In this document: positions 54,401-64,000 of the stretch, in pieces
How the letters are laid out: every line of letters begins with the position of its first letter
How positions within the stretch are numbered: the stretch's first letter is position 1
Source: Eledone cirrhosa
Taxonomy: Eukaryota
Direction: 5' to 3'
DNA length: 64,000 nucleotides
Assembly (NCBI GenBank): GCA_964016885.1
Contig: OZ024762.1
Location: forward strand, 30,566,001 to 30,630,000
Notes under the pieces: generated by a model
Databases searched by the model: none
What the model was told of the DNA's origin: nothing
The model's input: the letters and a program-made list of their open reading frames with translations, nothing else
Translations under genes and position numbers: made by a program

Positions 54401-57400
54401 GTGAGAATTCATTTAAGTCATGGTACTAGCTGTCAGAAGTAACTCCACTGTTGGTGAGAATTCATTTAAGTTCATGGTACTAGCTGTCAGAAGTAACTCC
54501 ACTGTTGGTGAGAATTCATTTAAGTTCATGGTACTAGCTGTCAGAAGTAACTCCACTGTTGGTGAGAATTCATTTAAGTTCATGGTACTAGCTGTCAGAA
54601 GTAACTCCAATGTTGGTGAGAATTCATTTAAGTCATGGTACTAGCTGTCAGAAGTAACTCCACTGTTGGTGAGAATTCATTTAAGTTCATGGTATTATCT
54701 GTCAGAAGGAACTCCACTGTTGGTGAGAATTCATTTAAGTTCATGGTATTAGCTGTCAGAAGTAACTCCACTGTTGGTGAGAATTCATTTAAGTTCATGG
54801 TATTAGCTGTCAGAAGTAACTCCACTGTTGGTGAGAATTCATTTAAGTTCATGGTACTAGCTGTCAGAAGTAACTCCACTGTTGGTGAGAATTCATTTAA
54901 GTTCATGGTACTAGCTGTCAGAAGTAACCCCAATGTTGGTGAGAATTCATTTAAGTTCATGGTATTAGCTGTCAGAAGTCACTCCACTGTTGGTGAGAAT
55001 TCATTTAAGTTCATGGTATTAGCTGTCAGAAGTAACTCCACTGTTGGTGAGAATTCATTTAAGTTCATGGTATTAGCTGTCAGAAGTAACTCCACTGTTG
55101 GTGAGAATTCATTTAAGTTCATGGTATTAGCTGTCAGAAGTAACTCCACTGTTGGTGAGAATTCATTTAAGTTCATGGTACTAGCTGTCAGAAGTAACTC
55201 CACTGTTGGTGAGAATTCATTTAAGTTCATGGTATTAGATGTCAGAAGTAACTCCACTGTTGGTGAGAATTCATTTAAGTCATGGTATTAGCTGTCAGAA
55301 GTAACTCCATTGTTGGTGAGAATTCATTTAAGTCATGGTACTAGCTGTCAGAAGTAACTCCACTGTTGGTGAGAATTCATTTAAGTTCATGGTACTAGCT
55401 GTCAGAAGTAACTCCACTGTTGGTGAGAATTCATTTAAGTTCATGGTACTAGCTGTCAGAAGTAACTCCACTGTTGGTGAGAATTCATTTAAGTTCATGG
55501 TACTAGCTGTCAGAAGGAACTCCAATGTTGGTGAGAATTCATTTAAATTCATGGTATTAGCTGTCAGAGGTAGTAACTCCACTGTTGGTGAGAATTCATT
55601 TAAGTTCATGGTACTAGCTGTCAGAAGCAACTCCACTGTTGGTGAGAATTCATTTAAGTTCATGGTATTAGCTGTCAGAAGTAACTCCACTGTTGGTGAG
55701 AATTCATTTAAGTTCATGGTACTAGCTGTCAGAAGTAACCCCAATGTTGGTGAGAATTCATTTAAGTTCATGGTATTAGCTGTCAGAAGTCACTCCAATG
55801 TTGGTGAGAATTCATTTAAGTTCATGGTATTAGCTGTCAGAAGTCACTCCACTGTTGGTGAGAATTCATTTAAGTTCATGGTACTAGCTGTCAGAAGTAA
55901 CCCCAATGTTGGTGAGAATTCATTTAAGTTCATGGTATTAGCTGTCAGAAGTCACTCCAATGTTGGTGAGAATTCATTTAAGTTCATGGTATTAGCTGTC
56001 AGAAGTAACTCCACTGTTGGTGAGAATTCATTTAAGTTCATGGTATTAGCTGTCAGAAGTAACTCCACTGTTGGTGAGAATTCATTTAAGTTCATGGTAT
56101 TAGCTGTCAGAAGTAACTCCACTGTTGGTGAGAATCCATTTAAGTTCATGGTATTAGCTGTCAGAAGTAACTCCACTGTTGGTGAGAATTCATTTAAGTC
56201 ATGGTATTAGCTGTCAGAAGTAACTCCATTGTTGGTGAGAATTCATTTAAGTCATGGTACTAGCTGTCAGAAGTAACTCCACTGTTGGTGAGAATTCATT
56301 TAAGTTCATGGTACTAGCTGTCAGAAGTAACTCCACTGTTGGTGAGAATTCATTTAAGTTCATGGTACTAGCTGTCAGAAGTAACTCCACTGTTGGTGAG
56401 AATTCATTTAAGTTCATGGTACTAGCTGTCAGAAGTAACTCCACTGTTGGTGAGAATTCATTTAAGTTCATGGTACTAGCTGTCAGAAGTAACCCCAATG
56501 TTGGTGAGAATTCATTTAAGTTCATGGTATTAGCTGTCAGAAGTCACTCCACTGTTGGTGAGAATTCATTTAAGTTCATGGTATTAGCTGTCAGAAGTAA
56601 CTCCACTGTTGGTGAGAATTCATTTAAGTTCATGGTATTAGTTGTCAGAAGTAACTCCACTGTTGGTGAGAATTCATTTAAGTTCATGGTATTAGCTGTC
56701 AGAAGTAACTCCACTGTTGGTGAGAATTCATTTAAGTTCATGGTACTAGCTGTCAGAAGTAACTCCACTGTTGGTGAGAATTCATTTAAGTTCATGGTAC
56801 TAGCTGTCAGAAGTAACCCCAATGTTGGTGAGAATTCATTTAAGTTCATGGTATTAGCTGTCAGAAGTCACTCCACTGTTGGTGAGAATTCATTTAAGTT
56901 CATGGTATTAGCTGTCAGAAGTAACTCCACTGTTGGTGAGAATTCATTTAAGTTCATGGTATTAGTTGTCAGAAGTAACTCCACTGTTGGTGAGAATTCA
57001 TTTAAGTTCATGGTATTAGCTGTCAGAAGTAACTCCACTGTTGGTGTGAATTCATTTAAGTTCATGGTATTAGCTGTCAGAAGGAACTCCACTGCTGGTG
57101 AGAATTCATTTAAGTTCATGGTATTAGCTGTCAGAAGTAACTCCAATGTTGGTGAGAATTCATTTAAGTTCATGGTATTAGCTGTCAGAAGTAACTCCGC
57201 TGTTGGTGAGAATTCATTTAAGTTCATGGTATTAGCTGTCAGAAGTAACTCCACTGTTGGTGAGAATTCATTTAAGTCATGGTATTAGCTGTCAGAAGTA
57301 ACTCCACTGTTGGTGAGAATTCATTTAAGTCATGGTATTAGCTGTCAGAAGTAACTCCATTGTTGGTGAGAATTCATTTAAGTCATGGTACTAGCTGTCA

Positions 57401-60400
57401 GAAGTAACTCCACTGTTGGTGAGAATTCATTTAAGTTCATGGTACTAGCTGTCAGAAGTAACTCCACTGTTGGTGAGAATTCATTTAAGTTCATGGTACT
57501 AGCTGTCAGAAGTAACTCCACTGTTGGTGAGAATTCATTTAAGTTCATGGTACTAGCTGTCAGAAGTAACTCCAATGTTGGTGAGAATTCATTTAAGTCA
57601 TGGTACTAGCTGTCAGAAGTAACTCCACTGTTGGTGAGAATTCATTTAAGTTCATGGTATTATCTGTCAGAAGGAACTCCACTGTTGGTGAGAATTCATT
57701 TAAGTTCATGGTATTAGCTGTCAGAAGTAACTCCACTGTTGGTGAGAATTCATTTAAGTTCATGGTATTAGCTGTCAGAAGTAACTCCACTGTTGGTGAG
57801 AATTCATTTAAGTTCATGGTACTAGCTGTCAGAAGTAACTCCACTGTTGGTGAGAATTCATTTAAGTTCATGGTACTAGCTGTCAGAAGTAACCCCAATG
57901 TTGGTGAGAATTCATTTAAGTTCATGGTATTAGCTGTCAGAAGTCACTCCACTGTTGGTGAGAATTCATTTAAGTTCATGGTATTAGCTGTCAGAAGTAA
58001 CTCCACTGTTGGTGAGAATTCATTTAAGTTCATGGTATTAGCTGTCAGAAGTAACTCCACTGTTGGTGAGAATTCATTTAAGTTCATGGTATTAGCTGTC
58101 AGAAGTAACTCCACTGTTGGTGAGAATTCATTTAAGTTCATGGTACTAGCTGTCAGAAGTAACTCCACTGTTGGTGAGAATTCATTTAAGTTCATGGTAC
58201 TAGATGTCAGAAGTAACTCCACTGTTGGTGAGAATTCATTTACGTCATGGTATTAGCTGTCAGAAGTAACTCCATTGTTGGTGAGAATTCATTTAAGTCA
58301 TGGTACTAGCTGTCAGAAGTAACTCCACTGTTGGTGAGAATTCATTTAAGTTCATGGTACTAGCTGTCAGAAGTAACTCCACTGTTGGTGAGAATTCATT
58401 TAAGTTCATGGTACTAGCTGTCAGAAGTAACTCCACTGTTGGTGAGAATTCATTTAAGTTCATGGTACTAGCTGTCAGAAGGAACTCCAATGTTGGTGAG
58501 AATTCATTTAAATTCATGGTATTAGCTGTCAGAAGTAACTCCACTGTAGGTGAGAATTCATTTAAGTTCATGGTACTAGCTGTCAGAAGCAACTCCACTG
58601 TTGGTGAGAATTCATTTAAGTTCATGGTATTAGCTGTCAGAAGTAACTCCACTGTTGGTGAGAATTCATTTAAGTTCATGGTACTAGCTGTCAGAAGTAA
58701 CCCCAATGTTGGTGAGAATTCATTTAAGTTCATGGTATTAGCTGTCAGAAGTCACTCCAATGTTGGTGAGAATTCATTTAAGTTCATGGTATTAGCTGTC
58801 AGAAGTCACTCCACTGTTGGTGAGAATTCATTTAAGTTCATGGTACTAGCTGTCAGAAGTAACCCCAATGTTGGTGAGAATTCATTTAAGTTCATGGTAT
58901 TAGCTGTCAGAAGTCACTCCAATGTTGGTGAGAATTCATTTAAGTTCATGGTATTAGCTGTCAGAAGTAACTCCACTGTTGGTGAGAATTCATTTAAGTT
59001 CATGGTATTAGCTGTCAGAAGTAACTCCACTGTTGGTGAGAATTCATTTAAGTTCATGGTACTAGCTGTCAGAAGTAACTCCACTGTTGGTGAGAATTCA
59101 TTTAAGTTCATGGTATTAGCTGTCAGAAGTAACTCCACTGTTGGTGAGAATTCATTTAAGTCATGGTATTAGCTGTCAGAAGTAACTCCATTGTTGGTGA
59201 GAATTCATTTAAGTCATGGTACTAGCTGTCAGAAGTAACTCCACTGTTGGTGAGAATTCATTTAAGTTCATGGTATTAGCTGTCAGAAGGAACTCCACTG
59301 TTGGTGAGAATTCATTTAAGTTCATGGTATTAGCTGTCAGAAGTAACTCCACTGTTGGTGAGAATTCATTTAAGTTCATGGTATTAGCTGTCAGAAGTAA
59401 CTCCACTGTTGGTGAGAATTCATTTAAGTTCATGGTACTAGCTGTCAGAAGTAACTCCACTGTTGGTGAGAATTCATTTAAGTTCATGGTACTAGCTGTC
59501 AGAAGTAACCCCAATGTTGGTGAGAATTCATTTAAGTTCATGGTATTAGCTGTCAGAAGTAATTCCAATGTTGGTGAGAATTCATTTAAGTTCATGGTAT
59601 TAGCTGTCAGAAGTAACTCCACTGTTGGTGAGAATTCATTTAAGTTCATGGTATTAGCTGTCAGAAGTAACTCCACTGTTGGTGAGAATTCATTGAAGTC
59701 ATGGTATTAGCTGTCAGAAGTAACTCCATCGTTGGTGAGAATTCATTTAAGTCATGGTACTAGCTGTCAGAAGTAACTCCACTGTTGGTGAGAATTCATT
59801 TAAGTTCATGGTACTAGCTGTCAGAAGTAACTCCACTGTTGGTGAGAATTCATTTAAGTTCATGGTACTAGATGTCAGAAGTAACTCCACTGTTGGTGAG
59901 AATTCATTTACGTCATGGTATTAGCTGTCAGAAGTAACTCCATTGTTGGTGAGAATTCATTTAAGTCATGGTACTAGCTGTCAGAAGTAACTCCACTGTT
60001 GGTGAGAATTCATTTAAGTTCATGGTACTAGCTGTCAGAAGTAACTCCACTGTTGGTGAGAATTCATTTAAGTTCATGGTACTAGCTGTCAGAAGTCACT
60101 CCACTGTTGGTGAGAATTCATTTAAGTTCATGGTATTAGCTGTCAGAAGTAACTCCACTGTTGGTGAGAATTCATTTAAGTTCATGGTATTAGCTGTCAG
60201 AAGTAACTCCACTGTTGGTGAGAATTCATTTAAGTTCATGGTATTAGCTGTCAGAAGTAACTCCACTGTTGGTGAGAATTCATTTAAGTTCATGGTACTA
60301 GCTGTCAGAAGTAACTCCACTGTTGGTGAGAATTCATTTAAGTTCATGGTACTAGATGTCAGAAGTAACTCCACTGTTGGTGAGAATTCATTTACGTCAT

Positions 60401-63400
60401 GGTATTAGCTGTCAGAAGTAACTCCATTGTTGGTGAGAATTCATTTAAGTCATGGTACTAGCTGTCAGAAGTAACTCCACTGTTGGTGAGAATTCATTTA
60501 AGTTCATGGTACTAGCTGTCAGAAGTAACTCCACTGTTGGTGAGAATTCATTTAAGTTCATGGTACTAGCTGTCAGAAGTAACTCCACTGTTGGTGAGAA
60601 TTCATTTAAGTTCATGGTACTAGCTGTCAGAAGGAACTCCAATGTTGGTGAGAATTCATTTAAATTCATGGTATTAGCTGTCAGAAGTAACTCCACTGTT
60701 GGTGAGAATTCATTTAAGTTCATGGTACTAGCTGTCAGAAGCAACTCCACTGTTGGTGAGAATTCATTTAAGTTCATGGTATTAGCTGTCAGAAGTAACT
60801 CCACTGTTGGTGAGAATTCATTTAAGTTCATGGTACTAGCTGTCAGAAGTAACCCCAATGTTGGTGAGAATTCATTTAAGTTCATGGTATTAGCTGTCAG
60901 AAGTCACTCCAATGTTGGTGAGAATTCATTTAAGTTCATGGTATTAGCTGTCAGAAGTCACTCCACTGTTGGTGAGAATTCATTTAAGTTCATGGTACTA
61001 GCTGTCAGAAGTAACCCCAATGTTGGTGAGAATTCATTTAAGTTCATGGTATTAGCTGTCAGAAGTCACTCCAATGTTGGTGAGAATTCATTTAAGTTCA
61101 TGGTATTAGCTGTCAGAAGTAACTCCACTGTTGGTGAGAATTCATTTAAGTTCATGGTATTAGCTGTCAGAAGTAACTCCACTGTTGGTGAGAATTCATT
61201 TAAGTTCATGGTACTAGCTGTCAGAAGTAACTCCACTGTTGGTGAGAATTCATTTAAGTTCATGGTATTAGCTGTCAGAAGTAACTCCACTGTTGGTGAG
61301 AATTCATTTAAGTCATGGTATTAGCTGTCAGAAGTAACTCCATTGTTGGTGAGAATTCATTTAAGTCATGGTACTAGCTGTCAGAAGTAACTCCACTGTT
61401 GGTGAGAATTCATTTAAGTTCATGGTATTAGCTGTCAGAAGGAACTCCACTGTTGGTGAGAATTCATTTAAGTTCATGGTATTAGCTGTCAGAAGTAACT
61501 CCACTGTTGGTGAGAATTCATTTAAGTTCATGGTATTAGCTGTCAGAAGTAACTCCACTGTTGGTGAGAATTCATTTAAGTTCATGGTACTAGCTGTCAG
61601 AAGTAACTCCACTGTTGGTGAGAATTCATTTAAGTTCATGGTACTAGCTGTCAGAAGTAACCCCAATGTTGGTGAGAATTCATTTAAGTTCATGGTATTA
61701 GCTGTCAGAAGTAACTCCAATGTTGGTGAGAATTCATTTAAGTTCATGGTATTAGCTGTCAGAAGTAACTCCACTGTTGGTGAGAATTCATTTAAGTTCA
61801 TGGTATTAGCTGTCAGAAGTAACTCCACTGTTGGTGAGAATTCATTGAAGTCATGGTATTAGCTGTCAGAAGTAACTCCATTGTTGGTGAGAATTCATTT
61901 AAGTCATGGTACTAGCTGTCAGAAGTAACTCCACTGTTGGTGAGAATTCATTTAAGTTCATGGTACTAGCTGTCAGAAGTAACTCCACTGTTGGTGAGAA
62001 TTCATTTAAGTTCATGGTACTAGATGTCAGAAGTAACTCCACTGTTGGTGAGAATTCATTTACGTCATGGTATTAGCTGTCAGAAGTAACTCCATTGTTG
62101 GTGAGAATTCATTTAAGTCATGGTACTAGCTGTCAGAAGTAACTCCACTGTTGGTGAGAATTCATTTAAGTTCATGGTACTAGCTGTCAGAAGTAACTCC
62201 ACTGTTGGTGAGAATTCATTTAAGTTCATGGTACTAGCTGTCAGAAGTAACTCCACTGTTGGTGAGAATTCATTTAAGTTCATGGTACTAGCTGTCAGAA
62301 GGAACTCCAATGTTGGTGAGAATTCATTTAAATTCATGGTATTAGCTGTCAGAAGTAACTCCACTGTTGGTGAGAATTCATTTAAGTTTATGGTACTAGC
62401 TGTCAGAAGCAACTCCACTGTTGGTGAGAATTCATTTAAGTTCATGGTATTAGCTGTCAGAAGTAACTCCACTGTTGGTGAGAATTCATTTAAGTTCATG
62501 GTACTAGCTGTCAGAAGTAACCCCAATATTGGTGAGAATTCATTTAAGTTCATGGTATTAGCTGTCAGAAGTCACTCCAATGTTGGTGAGAATTCATTTA
62601 AGTTCATGGTATTAGCTGTCAGGAGTCACTCCACTGTTGGTGAGAATTCATTTAAGTTCATGGTACTAGCTGTCAGAAGTAACCCCAATGTTGGTGAGAA
62701 TTCATTTAAGTTCATGGTATTAGCTGTCAGAAGTCACTCCAATGTTGGTGAGAATTCATTTAAGTTCATGGTATTAGCTGTCAGAAGTAACTCCACTGTT
62801 GGTGAGAATTCATTTAAGTTCATGGTATTAGCTGTCAGAAGTAACTCCACTGTTGGTGAGAATTCATTTAAGTTCATGGTACTAGCTGTCAGAAGTAACT
62901 CCACTGTTGGTGAGAATTCATTTAAGTTCATGGTATTAGCTGTCAGAAGTAACTCCGCTGTTGGTGAGAATTCATTTAAGTCATGGTATTAGCTGTCAGA
63001 AGTAACTCCATTGTTGGTGAGAATTCATTTAAGTCATGGTACTAGCTGTCAGAAGTAACTCCACTGTTGGTGAGAATTCATTTAAGTTCATGGTACTAGC
63101 TGTCAGAAGTAACTCCACTGTTGGTGAGAATTCATTTAAGTTCATGGTACTAGCTGTCAGAAGTAACTCCACTGTTGGTGAGAATTCATTTAAGTTCATG
63201 GTACTAGCTGTCAGAAGTAACTCCAATGTTGGTGAGAATTCATTTAAGTCATGGTACTAGCTGTCAGAAGTAACTCCACTGTTGGTGAGAATTCATTTAA
63301 GTTCATGGTATTAGCTGTCAGAAGGAACTCCTCTGTTGGTGAGAATTCATTTAAGTTCATGGTATTAGCTGTCAGAAGTAACTCCACTGTTGGTGAGAAT

Positions 63401-64000
63401 TCATTTAAGTTCATGGTATTAGCTGTCAGAAGTAACTCCACTGCTGGTGAGAATTCATTTAAGTTCATGGTACTAGCTGTCAGAAGTAACTCCACTGTTG
63501 GTGAGAATTCATTTAAGTTCATGGTACTAGCTGTCAGAAGTAACCCCAATGTTGGTGAGAATTCATTTAAGTTCATGGTATTAGCTGTCAGAAGTAACTC
63601 CAATGTTGGTGAGAATTCATTTAAGTTCATGGTATTAGCTGTCAGAAGTAACTCCACTGTTGGTGAGAATTCATTTAAGTTCATGGTATTAGCTGTCAGA
63701 AGTAACTCCACTGTTGGTGAGAATTCATTGAAGTCATGGTATTAGCTGTCAGAAGTAACTCCATTGTTGGTGAGAATTCATTTAAGTCATGGTACTAGCT
63801 GTCAGAAGTAACTCCACTGTTGGTGAGAATTCATTTAAGTTCATGGTACTAGCTGTCAGAAGTAACTCCACTGTTGGTGAGAATTCATTTAAGTTCATGG
63901 TACTAGCTGTCAGAAGTAACTCCACTGTTGGTGAGAATTCATTTAAGTTCATGGTACTAGCTGTCAGAAGTAACTCCAATGTTGGTGAGAATTCATTTAA
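54401..64000. repeat. Satellite sub-domain D with 31-, 40- and 55-monomer duplicated blocks
   Basis: Marker variants: CACTCCAATG, AGAAGCAAC (~55625, 58588, 60740, 62408), CATTGAAGTC (~59691, 61845, 63727), TTATCTGTC (~54696, 57661) and CTAGATGTC...TTTACGTC. ORF patterns recur at offsets of 2965, 2152 and 1668 bp. Confidence 0.8.
57944..62240. repeat. Tandem duplication with 2,152-bp (40-monomer) period
   Basis: ORF pairs 57944/60096, 58300/60452, 58914/61066 and 59216/61368 have identical translations at offset 2152. Confidence 0.9.

Larger units (their letters stand above)
1..64000. repeat. 54-bp tandem satellite DNA array (EcoRI-containing monomer), ~1,190 copies, extending past both window edges
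   Basis: The consensus ATGGTAYTAGCTGTCAGAAGTAACTCCACTGTTGGTGAGAATTCATTTAAGTTC repeats continuously from base 1 to 64000 in one orientation. Monomers usually differ from consensus at 0-2 positions, and 53-bp T-deletion monomers are interspersed. No non-repeat sequence was seen. Confidence 0.99.

Noticed and set aside
15-63979. About 200 ORFs on both strands, up to 830 aa, as protein-coding genes (e.g. a repeat surface protein)
   Set aside because: All are translations of the same 54-bp unit. Starts and stops are set by 1-bp deletions or point variants, there are no unique domains, signal peptide or promoter context, and both strands are equally open.
1-64000. CRISPR array
   Set aside because: There are no unique spacers, since the whole unit is repeated, and no cas genes or leader are present.
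1-64000. Telomerase-type telomeric repeat
   Set aside because: The unit is 54 bp with no G-rich strand motif. Variants are inherited in duplicated blocks, indicating recombinational amplification rather than templated addition. A subtelomeric satellite location is not excluded.
1-64000. Tandem RNA gene cluster (tRNA, 5S, snRNA, spliced leader or miRNA)
   Set aside because: The unit is too short, has no recognisable A/B boxes or conserved RNA motifs, and shows only a weak 3-4 bp stem (CCA[C/A]TGTTGG).
1-64000. Antigenic-variation cassette, diversity-generating or information-encoding system in the C/T and other variant patterns
   Set aside because: The variant order is accounted for by nested duplication of a few point mutations, and no recombinase, reverse transcriptase or expression locus is present in the window.
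1-64000. Rolling-circle/concatemer or synthetic sequencing artefact
   Set aside because: Shared, hierarchically nested variants in long duplicated blocks indicate a real evolutionary history rather than random read errors on one template, although local misassembly of individual blocks remains possible.

Overview
All 64 kb of this window is one uninterrupted, head-to-tail, single-orientation tandem satellite array of roughly 1,190 monomers. The consensus monomer is 54 bp, ATGGTAYTAGCTGTCAGAAGTAACTCCACTGTTGGTGAGAATTCATTTAAGTTC (20-21/54 G+C, one EcoRI site per unit, no CpG). A frequent 53-bp variant lacks one T (AAGTCATGG instead of AAGTTCATGG). I see no unique sequence, gene, RNA gene, transposon, inversion or CRISPR spacer. 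Every ORF in the track arises because 54 is divisible by 3 and the unit has one stop-free frame on each strand. The information in the window lies in the order of variant monomers, which shows four successive sub-domains, irregular higher-order repeats (HORs), nested segmental duplications of 0.27-7 kb and traceable mutation lineages. This layered organisation is typical of eukaryotic centromeric, pericentromeric or other heterochromatic satellite DNA. I cannot assign the organism or satellite family from the sequence, and I find no support for a new protein-coding system. All offsets and marker lists were read by eye or taken from ORF-track coordinates, and domain boundaries are approximate.
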